Shown here: piece by piece, positions 50,740 to 61,186 of the stretch
Layout of the letters: every line of letters begins with the position of its first letter
Numbering within the stretch: position 1 is the first letter of the stretch
Assembly (NCBI GenBank): GCA_965217775.1
Contig: CBDCJH010000002.1
Location: forward strand, 3,392,001 to 3,456,000
DNA length: 64,000 nt
Reading direction: 5' to 3'
From: Acidobacteriota bacterium
GTDB taxonomy: Bacteria > Acidobacteriota > UBA6911 > RPQK01 > JAJDTT01
Program-made: the position numbers and the translations under genes
The notes under the pieces: model-generated
Databases searched by the model: none
Seen by the model: the letters and a program-made list of their open reading frames with translations, nothing else
What the model was told of the DNA's origin: nothing

Positions 50740-52523
50740 TCGAGTACGACCAGGAAGAGATCCTGGGTCGAGTCTACGACGGGCGATTGGCCCGGAGGAT
50801 GCTGGGATATCTCTCCCCCTACCGCGGGGTCGTGGCCGCATCGGTCACTCTGCTTCTCCTGGTGTCGGCCCTGCAACTGGCGGGTCCGCTCCTGACCCAG
50901 ATCGCCATCGACCAGCACATCAGCAGCGGCGACCGGACCGGTCTCACGCTTCTGGCACTGCTCTACCTCGGGCTCCTGATGCTGCAATTCGGGTGCTCGT
51001 TCGCACAGACCTGGCTGATGAACTGGACCGGACAGCGGGTCATGAACGATCTGAGGGTCCAGATCTTCAGTCACGTCCAGACCCTGCACGTCGGCTACTT
51101 CGACAGGAATCCCGTGGGCCGGCTGATCACCCGCATGACCAACGACGTGGACGTCCTCAACGAGCTCTTCACGGCCGGCGTCGTGAGCATCTTCGGGGAC
51201 ATCTTCCTGTTGGGCGGCATCGTGACGATCATGCTCTGGAGGGATTGGCAACTGGCCCTGGTCAGCTTCTCGGTCCTGCCCCTCATTTTCGTGGCCACCA
51301 TGATCTTCAAGCTCAAGGTTCGCGGCTCATATCGATGGGTCCGGGCCTGTGTGGTCAAGATCAACGCCTTCCTTCAGGAGAACATCACCGGCATGCCGGT
51401 GGTCCAGATCTTCGTCCAGGAGGACCGCAAGTTCGACCAGTTCCGGGAACGGAACCGGGAACACCTGCAGGCCAATATTCAATCCATCTTCTACTACGCG
51501 GTCTTCTATCCCGTGATCAATCTGGTGGGAGCTCTGGCCATCGCCCTGATTCTCTGGTACGGAGGGGGACGCGTGCTGGACGGCGTCCTGACCCTGGGCA
51601 CACTGGTGGCCTTCCTTCAGTATTCGGAACGCTTCTTCAAGCCCATCAGCGACCTGAGCGAAAAATTCAACATCCTTCAGAGCGCCATGGCCAGTTCGGA
51701 GCGGATCTTCATGCTCCTGGATACCCGTGCCGAGGTTCGGCCTCCGTCGGAACCCACACCGTTGCCGCCGGGCGGCGGCGCCATCGAGTTTCGCAACGTA
51801 TCGTTCGCCTACAAGGAGGACACGCCGGTCCTGCGGAAACTGAGTTTGCGGATCGCCCCCGGCGAACGCGTGGCTATCGTGGGGCCCACTGGTTCAGGCA
51901 AGACCACCTTGATCAACCTGATCTGCAGGTTCTACGACATCCGGGACGGAGGCATTCTCATCGATGGGATCCCCATCGCCAACCTGGACCCGGGAGAACT
52001 GAGGCGAACGATGGCGGTGGTGCTCCAGGACGTCTTTCTCTTCAGCGGCACCATCGAAGAGAACGTCCGGCTGTGGAGGGCTCCCATCAATCGGCCGCAA
52101 GTGACGGAGGCGGTACGCCACGTCAACGCCCTGGATTTCATCCGGGAAAAGCCCAAGGGACTCGACTCGCCGGTGACGGAAAGGGGCACGTCGTTGTCCG
52201 TGGGACAGAGACAGTTGCTGGCCTTCGCCCGGGCCCTGGCTCACGACCCCAGAATCCTGATCCTGGACGAGGCCACCTCGTCGGTCGACACCGAGACCGA
52301 GATTCTCATCCAGGACGCCCTGGGCACGCTCATGGAGGGGAGAACCTCCATCGTCATCGCCCACCGCCTTTCCACCATCCGGAACTGTGACCGTATCGTC
52401 GTTCTCCGCCAGGGAAGAATCGAGGAAGAAGGCACCCATCAGGAACTGCTCAGGCTGCGGGGCCTCTACTACAAGCTCTACCAATTGCAGTACGCGGGAG
52501 AGGAAATAGGAGTGAGGAAATAG
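50736..52523 (+). CDS. ABC exporter subunit (MdlB-like)
   Basis: TMD plus GPTGSGKT, LSVGQRQ, ILDEATS. Confidence 0.95.
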   Translation: MIEYDQEEILGRVYDGRLARRMLGYLSPYRGVVAASVTLLLLVSALQLAGPLLTQIAIDQHISSGDRTGLTLLALLYLGLLMLQFGCSFAQTWLMNWTGQRVMNDLRVQIFSHVQTLHVGYFDRNPVGRLITRMTNDVDVLNELFTAGVVSIFGDIFLLGGIVTIMLWRDWQLALVSFSVLPLIFVATMIFKLKVRGSYRWVRACVVKINAFLQENITGMPVVQIFVQEDRKFDQFRERNREHLQANIQSIFYYAVFYPVINLVGALAIALILWYGGGRVLDGVLTLGTLVAFLQYSERFFKPISDLSEKFNILQSAMASSERIFMLLDTRAEVRPPSEPTPLPPGGGAIEFRNVSFAYKEDTPVLRKLSLRIAPGERVAIVGPTGSGKTTLINLICRFYDIRDGGILIDGIPIANLDPGELRRTMAVVLQDVFLFSGTIEENVRLWRAPINRPQVTEAVRHVNALDFIREKPKGLDSPVTERGTSLSVGQRQLLAFARALAHDPRILILDEATSSVDTETEILIQDALGTLMEGRTSIVIAHRLSTIRNCDRIVVLRQGRIEEEGTHQELLRLRGLYYKLYQLQYAGEEIGVRK

Positions 52524-52695
52524 AAAAGAGTGGGAGGCTGAGGTGTCGAGCGACTCCTGTAGTCGTTCGATCTCACCCGATGGTCGTTTCCGGGTATGGA
52601 ACGGAATCAAGAGAAACCAGCGGGACCACGGATGAGGACATTGCCTATGAGCATCCGCCTAACGCGAAACCGGCTCTTCTCTCTTTCCTCTTTCC

Positions 52696-54135
52696 TCAAC
52701 TCGCGCCGCGGCCCCAGACGACGGCCGGAATGGTCTTGAGCAGAATCCAGAGATCGAGCTTCAAGGACCACTGGTCGATGTACTGGAGATCCAGCTTCAT
52801 CCATTTCTGGAAGTCCAGCTCGTTGCGGCCGGAGATCTGCCAGAGACAGGTGATGCCCGGCTTGACGCTCAGTCGCCGCCGCTGGCTCCGGGAATAGTGC
52901 CGGACCTCCTCGGGTAGAGGCGCCCGGGGGCCGACCAGGCTCATCTCGCCTCTCAGCACGTTTGCCAACTGCGGCAGCTCGTCGATGCTGTACCTGCGCA
53001 GAATGCGTCCCAGGGGCGTCACCCGGGGATCGTTGCGCATCTTGAACACCGGGCCGTCCATCTCGTTGAGATGCCGGATTGCCCGGAGCTGGTCCTCGGC
53101 CCCTTCGACCATGGTGCGAAACTTGACCAGCCGGAACTCCCGCCCGTAGAGCCCACGCCGAACCTGACGATAGAAGACCGATCCGCGTGAGGTGAACTTG
53201 ATCAGAGCCATGATCAGGAGCAGGAAGGGGGCCGCCAGCGCCAGCAGAGCCGACGCCAGGACACAATCCATGATCCGCTTGACCACCAGTGCGATGCTCT
53301 GGTCCGGAGCTGTGGAAAACGTGATGAGCGGAAGCTCCTCCAGGAAATCGAGCGATAGCCTGGAGGTGGATGTAGGGAAGAAGTCGGCGGCGATCCGGGT
53401 CCGGATTCCGAGTTCCTCACACAGTCTCAGCACCTTCTGAAACTGGCGGTTGTCCTCCGGCTGGGCGCCCACGAATATGATCTCGTCCACGACCAGCCGG
53501 TCCGTGAGCAGGCCGGGAAGATCCTTGAGCGATCCCACAATCCGTATCCCGGGGTCCTCGCTCCAGGTTTCTCCAGGCGCCAGATGTCCGACGACGTGGT
53601 AGCCCCACTTTCGGTATCGGCCCAGCAACTGGCTGACATTCTTGGCCCGGGAGTCGATTCCGGCGATCAGGATCCTGACCTGATTGTGCTCGTTGACGTT
53701 CCGCGTCCTCAGGATCCAATTCAGGACCATACGGTTCAGGCCCAGGAAGAGACCGGATAGTCCTATGAATACGAAAAACACGGGCCGGCTCACATCCAGG
53801 TTGAAGACAAAGATGATGAAACCTACGGTGAGACCGGAGGCGCAGACGAAGCGGCCGATGCGGAAAAGGTGCTGGGAGGCGGAGACCTGGTAGAAGTGGG
53901 AGTATTGTTGGGTGATCCGGAGGGTGGGAATCCAAATCGGCAACACGGCCAGCAGATAGAGCAGATACCGGGAATAGGGCAGCAAAACCGGATGGAATGC
54001 GGGCGCGATCGAGGCCGGCACCCATTCCAGCAGCAGGGATCGGGAGAAATAGGCCAGGGTCAAGGCCAGGAAGGCGACGGCGATGTCCGCCGCCTGGAGG
54101 AGGTTGCCGTAGACTTGAGACTGGCGATCGAACAT
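52696..54135 (-). CDS. Polyprenyl glycosylphosphotransferase (WcaJ/WbaP-like sugar transferase)
   Basis: KFRTM, DPRVTPLG, DELPQL.NVL.GEMSLVGPR, KPGITCLWQ. Confidence 0.94.
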   Translation of the reverse strand: MFDRQSQVYGNLLQAADIAVAFLALTLAYFSRSLLLEWVPASIAPAFHPVLLPYSRYLLYLLAVLPIWIPTLRITQQYSHFYQVSASQHLFRIGRFVCASGLTVGFIIFVFNLDVSRPVFFVFIGLSGLFLGLNRMVLNWILRTRNVNEHNQVRILIAGIDSRAKNVSQLLGRYRKWGYHVVGHLAPGETWSEDPGIRIVGSLKDLPGLLTDRLVVDEIIFVGAQPEDNRQFQKVLRLCEELGIRTRIAADFFPTSTSRLSLDFLEELPLITFSTAPDQSIALVVKRIMDCVLASALLALAAPFLLLIMALIKFTSRGSVFYRQVRRGLYGREFRLVKFRTMVEGAEDQLRAIRHLNEMDGPVFKMRNDPRVTPLGRILRRYSIDELPQLANVLRGEMSLVGPRAPLPEEVRHYSRSQRRRLSVKPGITCLWQISGRNELDFQKWMKLDLQYIDQWSLKLDLWILLKTIPAVVWGRGAS

Positions 54136-54194
54136 CTCGGTGTCGTCCCCGAAGCGGCCCGCCGGACTTGGCCGGGAGCCGGGGGGCGTTCAAT

Positions 54195-54899
54195 TCAGCA
54201 ATCGGTCAGGTCCCCGATCCGGGGGGGCCGGGACATGAGGAAACCCTCCGCCAAGGAGCATCCTACTAGACTCCCCAGGTGCGTGTGGAAACTCCGGATC
54301 CGTTCCAGGAACCGGGGATCGCTGAGATAGGTGGCAGGCTCGCTCGAGTCCGAGCGATACAACTGGGACGCATAGGCCTCCAAAGCGCGCCCCTTCTGCT
54401 CGTAGTGGTCCGAAATGTCCACTCCGACGTGGGGTAAGACCGGCTGATCGAAATGGGTCCAATAGGCGATCCGCCGCGGACGGAAACGCTGTTGAGACGT
54501 ATCGATGGCCGCCAGGCCGGCATGGTGAACCGCTTCCTCCACTAGAATGGTTGCCTTGCCGTGGTCCGGATGGCCCCATCCGGAGTGAGTCAGGACCAGC
54601 TTGGGCCGGTACTGCCGGATCACCCGGATCAATTCCAAACGGCTCTCTTCATCGAGACTCAGGTTCCCGTCCCTCAACCCCAGGTTCAGCCGGAAGTCCA
54701 GACCCAGGAGAGCAGCCGCGCGACGGGCTTCGCGGGCCCGGGTCTCGATCGTACCGCGGGTTCCCAACTCGCCCCGTGTCAGGTCCACGGCGCCGGTGCG
54801 GCGGCCCAGGGACTTCAGGCGAAGCAGCGTCCCGCCGCAACCCAGCTCGACGTCGTCGGGATGCGCCCCCACGGCGAGAACGTCGACTTGTTCACACAT
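54195..54899 (-). CDS. bshB1: Bacillithiol biosynthesis deacetylase BshB1
   Basis: AHPDDVELGCGG, DLTRGELGTRG, HPDH; adjacent to bshC. Confidence 0.88.
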   Translation of the reverse strand: MCEQVDVLAVGAHPDDVELGCGGTLLRLKSLGRRTGAVDLTRGELGTRGTIETRAREARRAAALLGLDFRLNLGLRDGNLSLDEESRLELIRVIRQYRPKLVLTHSGWGHPDHGKATILVEEAVHHAGLAAIDTSQQRFRPRRIAYWTHFDQPVLPHVGVDISDHYEQKGRALEAYASQLYRSDSSEPATYLSDPRFLERIRSFHTHLGSLVGCSLAEGFLMSRPPRIGDLTDC

Positions 54900-56532
54900 G
54901 GATCACCTGGTGACCCATACAGAAGGGGTCGATGGTTTCCAACAGTCCATCGATGAACCCGGGTCCCTCTTCCATCAGGAACTGGTTGAAGTTGACGACC
55001 CGTTCCTGCAGCTTCTCCTCGGGATGAAGACGGGTATGAAGATAGTCCAGATGACGGCCGGCGACGCGGTCGCGGTTTCGATAGTTTTCCAGAAATCGGT
55101 TCTCCACCCGGTCCATCTGATAAAAGACTCGCTTCCAAGCCCTGGGAACCATCCTGTCGAGACTCGGATCGACGCGGACAATGTCCCCCTGGAGCCGGGT
55201 CAGGCTCTCCCGGACCACCTCCGAGATCCGGTCGAACTCGTCCAGAACGTGCTTTGAAGCTCCCGTCCTGGCGACACGTTGGGTGATTCGGGAGGCGCCC
55301 AGGGTGAGCAGCTCGAGCAGATCCAGCGAGTGCCTTTTCAGCAGCCGCTGGGACTTCCGGTCCACTACCGTAACCCCGACCCTGGGGAACACGCAGCACT
55401 GAATCTTCCAGTAGGGGCTGATGGCGCCGATCTGGCTGAAGTAGGCGACCTCCGCCGGCCCTCCCACGTAAGCTACGGTAGGGAAAAGATGGTCCTGAAT
55501 GATGGGCCGCAACAAAACGTTGGGACCGAACTCACCGGCTCCGGTTCGTATCCGTTCCAGCAGCTCTTCCGGCCGCAGCCGGAGAGAGCGGCTTCCGCGG
55601 CTCCAATAGGCTCCGGATCGGTACTCCAACTTGTAACGCCGTCTCTCCTCGAGCCAGAAGAGGAGTGACTCGGAGCTGTCCACGGGCACCTGTACCCGGT
55701 GCCCATCCGCCTCCAGCTTCCGTCCGCGGTTCTGCAGGGAGCGAATCAGGCGTTTTCGCTCCAGGACCGCCGTCTCGAAGACCGGTCTCAATGCGCCCTT
55801 GTATCCGGGTTGGAGCGCGTCGAAGAGAATGAGCCCCTGGTTTCGAAAGAGCCGGGCGAGCCAACGGGCCTGGGCATCGGTAAAAGGGGTGCCGGGCTCG
55901 AAGGCCGATTCGAGGGTTCGAAGGATCGCTTCCTGAAACTCGGAAGTGGGCGCGCCGTCCTGGAGCCTCTTCAGGGGATCACCCACCGATTCCAACGAAA
56001 CCGTGCCCACCATGGTTGCCGAAGGGGGGGAGGGACCGGAATAGCCCAGACGAAGCAGCGATCCCTGCGGATCGAAGAAGGTGGTGGAGCGGGACTCCAG
56101 AAAATCGGAGTCATCGGAAGGAAGCCAGAAGACGGGAACCGCCGGGCACCCTTGCGCCTCCAGGGTCCGGGCCAGGCTCACGGCGGTCAGCGCCTTGTAG
56201 ACGGAGAGGGCCGGTCCGCCGAAGAGGCCCAACTGTTGGCCCGTGACCACGGCCACGGTCCCCGAATCCCGCAGCTTCTCGATATTCTCGCCGGTGGAGG
56301 GCCCCGAGCCCACCCGGGCATTGAAATCGCGGAGCATCCGGACGAGAGTCCCGCGGGGCAACCGGGAGTCCCGTCCCCGCGCGGCCTCGGCTCTTTGGCC
56401 CAGGGCCTCCGGGCTGGTGTGCGCCGGTCCGGCCGGGTAGAGCGGTGCGACCTGGTCGAAATCGTACAGATACTGGAGAAAAAGTCGACTCTGCCCCGGC
56501 AACCGGCGGCGGTCGAGACGTTCGACTCTCAT
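54892..56532 (-). CDS. bshC: Bacillithiol biosynthesis cysteine-adding enzyme BshC
   Basis: VVTGQQLGLFGGP..YK, PVFW, NVLLRP..QD, YVGGPAE.AY, LQER. Confidence 0.93.
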   Translation of the reverse strand: MRVERLDRRRLPGQSRLFLQYLYDFDQVAPLYPAGPAHTSPEALGQRAEAARGRDSRLPRGTLVRMLRDFNARVGSGPSTGENIEKLRDSGTVAVVTGQQLGLFGGPALSVYKALTAVSLARTLEAQGCPAVPVFWLPSDDSDFLESRSTTFFDPQGSLLRLGYSGPSPPSATMVGTVSLESVGDPLKRLQDGAPTSEFQEAILRTLESAFEPGTPFTDAQARWLARLFRNQGLILFDALQPGYKGALRPVFETAVLERKRLIRSLQNRGRKLEADGHRVQVPVDSSESLLFWLEERRRYKLEYRSGAYWSRGSRSLRLRPEELLERIRTGAGEFGPNVLLRPIIQDHLFPTVAYVGGPAEVAYFSQIGAISPYWKIQCCVFPRVGVTVVDRKSQRLLKRHSLDLLELLTLGASRITQRVARTGASKHVLDEFDRISEVVRESLTRLQGDIVRVDPSLDRMVPRAWKRVFYQMDRVENRFLENYRNRDRVAGRHLDYLHTRLHPEEKLQERVVNFNQFLMEEGPGFIDGLLETIDPFCMGHQVIHV

Positions 56533-56699
56533 GCGGCCGCCAGTTTAACCGAAAGTCCCCCGCGGCACCGGGACCGATGCCGCGAGGGACTTCCATCTGG
56601 GACCGCCGAGGCCAGCGTCCGCCGGACTCCACGCCTCAAGAAGACGGGCGGCAGCCGCCCCCCCTCCAAGAGACGCCCGGGGCGTTGCGGCCCAGTCTG

Positions 56700-57008
56700 C
56701 TACGGGCGCTTCGCCTTTTCCTTGGAAGGGGAGGAAGGGGCCTTGACCCTGATCCGGTCCCTGAGCCTCAGAAAGGTCTTCTCTCCGATGCCCCGGACGT
56801 TCATCAGATCTTCAATCCGCTTGAAGGCTCCGTTTTTCTCCCGGAACGCCACGATGCGTCTGGCGATTGCCGGTCCGACGCCGGGGAGGGTGTCCAACTC
56901 TTCCACGGTCGCCTGATTCAGGTCCAGCGTGTCCGCAGCCGTGACCTCCGGAGACCAGAGCCAAGGCATGGCCATCATCAAGGTCGAGAACAACAAAATC
57001 TTTCGCAT
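56700..57008 (-). CDS. comEA: ComEA-family helix-hairpin-helix DNA-binding protein
   Basis: LN.AT.EELDTLPGVGPAIA.RIV, V.GIGEK. Confidence 0.9.
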   Translation of the reverse strand: MRKILLFSTLMMAMPWLWSPEVTAADTLDLNQATVEELDTLPGVGPAIARRIVAFREKNGAFKRIEDLMNVRGIGEKTFLRLRDRIRVKAPSSPSKEKAKRP

Positions 57009-57084
57009 GTACACCTCCTTTGGTTTGGGTTTTCTATCTGAGCCTAACGCTCCGGATGGAAAAAACGCGAAGCGGAGCGGCAGC

Positions 57085-58338
57085 TCACCCGCCAACTGGT
57101 GCTTGGACGCCGTTGCAGAGGTAGTCGAAAATTTCGTAGTTCCGGGCTCCGTCGGCCGCCCGGGCCTCGTACTCGTCGCTCAAAGGCTCGGAGAGCAGCA
57201 TGGGGACCATCTCTTCATGGCGTCCGCCGTGGGACCTCAGAGGTTCGTTCAGGACGCTGAGATCATGGTCGGCAGGGGTCCTCCCGATGACGGCGCCGGC
57301 GTCCGCCATCACCACCAGATCGCCGATGCGGTCGGCCGGCAGGTCCAGCTCTCTCGACGCCGCAGTGCGATCGTAGACTTCGTCGATGCCGGGCAGCCGG
57401 CGGATCCAACCGGCCACGGCAGTGGTCTCCAGGGGTTCGGTCACGTGCACCATGACCGCCGAACCCAGAGAGCCGTGGTGAACGACGTAGGGGTCCGTGA
57501 TGGGACAGACCACTCGGCTCCCCTCTCCGAAACGATCTCTCAACAGTGATTCGAGATAGACGACGTTGGGGCTCCCGTCGGGCCGGGTCTTGGCATTCAT
57601 TCCATGGTCAGCGGTCACTCCAACCCGGGCGCCGGTCACCAGCAGCGCGCCGATCTCCCGGTCCAGCGCCTGATGGAAATCCAGTGACCGGGAAGACTCG
57701 GGAGGGTACTTGTGCTGCATGTAGTCAGTCAGGGAGAGGAAGAGAAAATCGGCCAGATCCCTCCGGATGAGTCGGGCCCCGGCCGCCAGCACGAAGAGGC
57801 TGGCGTCGGCGCTGTAGATCTCCGGCTGCGGCCTGCCCACCAGGTCCTCCAGGTTCGCGATGCCGTGGGTCTCGACGGAGGCGGCGGCGGCCCGCTCGGA
57901 AGAAAAGGCGATTCCGTCAAGCCCCTTCGTGAGCAGGTCCCGGAGTTTCTCCTTGGCCGTCACCATAGCCACCATTCTGCCGGCACGGGACGCCGCCGCC
58001 AGAATGGTTTCGCACCGGAGGTAGCGGGACGAGTTCATCATCAGTTGCCGGCCGGTCCGGGGATCGAGAAAGAAGTTGCCGCTGATACCGGTCACGGACG
58101 GGGGGACCCCGGAGACGATGGCCGCATTGTTCACGTTGGTGAAGGAGGGGAGGGCGCCCCGGACCACGGACTCGAATCCACCTGCGGCCAGACCCTCCAG
58201 GTGAGGCATGCGGCCCCGACGCCTGGAGACCTCCAGGTACTCGGGGCCGCATCCATCGATGCAGACCACCGCCAGCGGCTTGGCCGGAGGCCGGTATTCC
58301 CGCCCGTTGACCCGGAAAGGCGTGGTGCTGATCCGCAT
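57085..58338 (-). CDS. phnA: Phosphonoacetate hydrolase
   Basis: VCIDG, PSFTNVNN, GISGNFF, TDYMQHK, TADHGMN, LRSHGG. Confidence 0.92.
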   Translation of the reverse strand: MRISTTPFRVNGREYRPPAKPLAVVCIDGCGPEYLEVSRRRGRMPHLEGLAAGGFESVVRGALPSFTNVNNAAIVSGVPPSVTGISGNFFLDPRTGRQLMMNSSRYLRCETILAAASRAGRMVAMVTAKEKLRDLLTKGLDGIAFSSERAAAASVETHGIANLEDLVGRPQPEIYSADASLFVLAAGARLIRRDLADFLFLSLTDYMQHKYPPESSRSLDFHQALDREIGALLVTGARVGVTADHGMNAKTRPDGSPNVVYLESLLRDRFGEGSRVVCPITDPYVVHHGSLGSAVMVHVTEPLETTAVAGWIRRLPGIDEVYDRTAASRELDLPADRIGDLVVMADAGAVIGRTPADHDLSVLNEPLRSHGGRHEEMVPMLLSEPLSDEYEARAADGARNYEIFDYLCNGVQAPVGG

Positions 58339-58348
58339 CGAGCGTCCC

Positions 58349-59164
58349 TCAGGAAGGCGGACTGGAGAAATACCAGCGTAGAATCCCGGGCCCCCAAAAG
58401 GCCGACGCAGCCGCAGCGACACCCAGAAAGGTGCCGAATGGCAACGGATAGGTCCTTCCCTTGGAGCGGGCCCGCATATAGATGGCGCCGGCGACGGCCC
58501 CCGCCACCGAACCCAGGAAGACGCTCAGCCAGGCACACTTCCAGCCCAGGAAGGCGCCCAGCATGGCGGTCATCTTGACGTCGCCGAATCCCATCCCGTC
58601 GACACCCGAATAACGCCGGTAGAGGGCGGCGATCAGCCACAGGAAGCCGCCTCCCAGCCCGGCTCCCAGGAGAGAAAATCCCAGGTGGTCCCAGGCCGGG
58701 AGCGACGCCGGCCCCGTCTCCCAATGGAAGAAATCAGGATCCTGAAGAGGAGACAGGAGGACGCCGGCCGCCAAGCCACCGAGCGTCAGGACGTCAGGCA
58801 GAATTCGATGGTAAAGGTCGATGACCGAGAGGGTCAGGATCAACGCCAGGAACAGGCAGGTGACCACAAAGGTGGAGGACCAACCGAACCGCATCCAGGC
58901 GGCGACGAAAAGAGCTGCGGTCGCGGCCTCCACCAACGGGTACTGGAGAGAGATGCGCTGATGGCAGGCGCGGCAGCGACCCTTGAGGAGCAAGAAGCTC
59001 AAGACCGGAATGTTGTCCCCGGCCGATATCGGTTGCGAGCAATTGGGGCAGCGGGAACGGGGCCGAATGACCGACTCCCGGCGCGGGAGACGGTGAATGC
59101 AGACATTGAGAAAACTGCCGATCACCAATCCGGCCAGGGCCGGCACGACTGCGGTCCAATCCAT
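58349..59164 (-). CDS. pilD: Prepilin peptidase (A24)
   Basis: GSFLNVCIHRLP, RSRCPNC, GRCRAC, GMGFGDVK, PFGTFL. Confidence 0.95.
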   Translation of the reverse strand: MDWTAVVPALAGLVIGSFLNVCIHRLPRRESVIRPRSRCPNCSQPISAGDNIPVLSFLLLKGRCRACHQRISLQYPLVEAATAALFVAAWMRFGWSSTFVVTCLFLALILTLSVIDLYHRILPDVLTLGGLAAGVLLSPLQDPDFFHWETGPASLPAWDHLGFSLLGAGLGGGFLWLIAALYRRYSGVDGMGFGDVKMTAMLGAFLGWKCAWLSVFLGSVAGAVAGAIYMRARSKGRTYPLPFGTFLGVAAAASAFWGPGILRWYFSSPPS

Positions 59165-59243
59165 CTCCCGCAATTATACGCGCGGCTCGGAAGGATCCGG
59201 GTTTCCCAGGACCGACGGGAGATGGCGCGGTTGGAACAGCGGA

Positions 59244-60929
59244 CTAATCACGGCGGGCCAGTACGATGTCGTTGTTGTCGACGATGGTGTACATGGCCTT
59301 CTCCAGGTCGGTCACGGCCTGCTGATAGTCCACCCGCGCCCGCAGCTCCTGCACCTGCGCCTGGCTCAGGTCCCTCTGATACCGGAGCACTTCGAAGTTG
59401 GTGGACAGGCCGGCCTGGAAACGCTTGTTCTCGCCCTCCAACTGCGCCTCCGAGAGCTGGCGCGCAACCCCGGCCGCTTCCAGGCGCTTCCTCTGGGTGG
59501 CGATGCTCTCGTAGGCATTGCGCACTTCCACGATGACCATCTGCTGCTGGTTCTTCAGTTGGCTGGCCAGCCGGCGATCCCGGATCAAGATTCTCGCTCG
59601 CTCCGCGTCGTTGGCCCGGTTCTTCAGGGGAATCTCCACGCTGACGCCCAGAGTGTAGTTGATGTAGTCGAATCCGAAGACCTGACCCCACGAATTGCCG
59701 AAACTGCCGGAGAAAGGATTCGACGGCTGGGACACGTTCTCCAATCGCGTGTCGGGAACGCCGTCTCCATCGCTATCCACGAATTCGCTCCCGAAGATCT
59801 CCCCGGCACGTCCCGTGTTGGTCAGGCTCGCCACCAGGTCCACGCTGGGTCTTCCTTCCCGCTGGTAGTATTCCCGGTCCACCTCGACCTGTTCCCGGAG
59901 CAGCCGGTTCTGTTCCAATTCGGGGCGCCGCTCCATGGCCCTGGCAATAGCCTCGTCCAGGGTGATGGCCAGATCCCGGACCCGGGGAAGCTGGGTCGGG
60001 ATCAGGGTCAGATTCCAGATGGCCGCCGTCGGATCCGGCGCCAGGTACCGCTTGAGTCCGTTCTGGGAGGTGATGATCTGAACCTCCGACTGGATCATCT
60101 CCTGCTCGCGCGTGGCCACCTCGGCCCGGGAGGCAGTGATCTCGATGGGCGCCATGACGCCGATCCGGACCCGTTTCTGGTTGTTCTCGTGCTGGATGAT
60201 GGCCAGCTCCATGGACTTGCGAATGGCCTCGTAGCTCTCGATGGCGAACACCAGCTCCCAGTACTGGTTCTGCACCTGCTGGACGATCTCCGACACCTTC
60301 TGTTGAAACTGGCTGTCGTTGATCTCGGTCTCCAGGTTGTAGAGCTTGAGCTGACGTCTGGTCTGAGTCTGTCGAAATCCCCTCATCAGCGGCTGGCGCA
60401 GGGACACGGCGAAGTTGGATCCGAAAGAGGGGTTCATGAAGGAGAATGCGCTGTTGGTGCTGAAGCGGTTGTTGTTGAAGTTCAAGGTGACGCTGCTTCC
60501 GTTGGGCAGATTCTGCACCAGCGACGTGTCGAAGTAGATCCGATCCGTGGTGTTCACCGGAATTCCCCGGCCCGCGTCCAAAATGGACCGAGCCGGATTC
60601 TCGGTGGCCGCCCAGCCGACCTCGAACCGGAGCCTGGGATCGTAGAAGCCCCTGGTTCCGAAGATCCACTGGCGGTTCAGATCCTCGTTGTAGTCCTCGA
60701 TGGCGATCTCCAGGTTGTTGATCAGCGCCAGCCGAATGGCGTCCTTGACGCTCAACTCCCGGACCGGCCTCTCACGGCGCATCCGATCCGCCCATGACTC
60801 GGGCCGGTCGATCTTCGGCATCTTGGGAGCGGTCTGATCAGGGGTCGATTTTTCCTGGGGAACAGCCCGCAAGAAGGGCACCGTAATAACGAAAAAGATC
60901 GGAAGAATAATTCCCTTGACGCTCTTCAT
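59244..60929 (-). CDS. TolC-family outer membrane protein
   Basis: LS..DAIRLAL.NN, V...YW.L, duplicated OEP repeats, E..RF.AG.ST..EVL. Confidence 0.88.
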   Translation of the reverse strand: MKSVKGIILPIFFVITVPFLRAVPQEKSTPDQTAPKMPKIDRPESWADRMRRERPVRELSVKDAIRLALINNLEIAIEDYNEDLNRQWIFGTRGFYDPRLRFEVGWAATENPARSILDAGRGIPVNTTDRIYFDTSLVQNLPNGSSVTLNFNNNRFSTNSAFSFMNPSFGSNFAVSLRQPLMRGFRQTQTRRQLKLYNLETEINDSQFQQKVSEIVQQVQNQYWELVFAIESYEAIRKSMELAIIQHENNQKRVRIGVMAPIEITASRAEVATREQEMIQSEVQIITSQNGLKRYLAPDPTAAIWNLTLIPTQLPRVRDLAITLDEAIARAMERRPELEQNRLLREQVEVDREYYQREGRPSVDLVASLTNTGRAGEIFGSEFVDSDGDGVPDTRLENVSQPSNPFSGSFGNSWGQVFGFDYINYTLGVSVEIPLKNRANDAERARILIRDRRLASQLKNQQQMVIVEVRNAYESIATQRKRLEAAGVARQLSEAQLEGENKRFQAGLSTNFEVLRYQRDLSQAQVQELRARVDYQQAVTDLEKAMYTIVDNNDIVLARRD

Positions 60930-61186
60930 GGCATCTCCTGGAAAGGCTCTAAACTAGACGGACCGTGGCAAAGTCCCCCGCACAATCAGCACGGACTGTA
61001 CCACGCACGAGGGCTCATCCCTATGGTGTACGAACGACACGGGAAGATTGTTTCAACAACCTGGGGTAAGGGCTCGAAGCGCCGGCCACCGGGGGAGGAC
61101 CGTCCCAGGAGCCGGCGCTGAAGGTGGTCGCGCGGCATTTAACCGGCGCTACGCAGGACCTGCCGGATACGCCGGAATGCGTGCCG

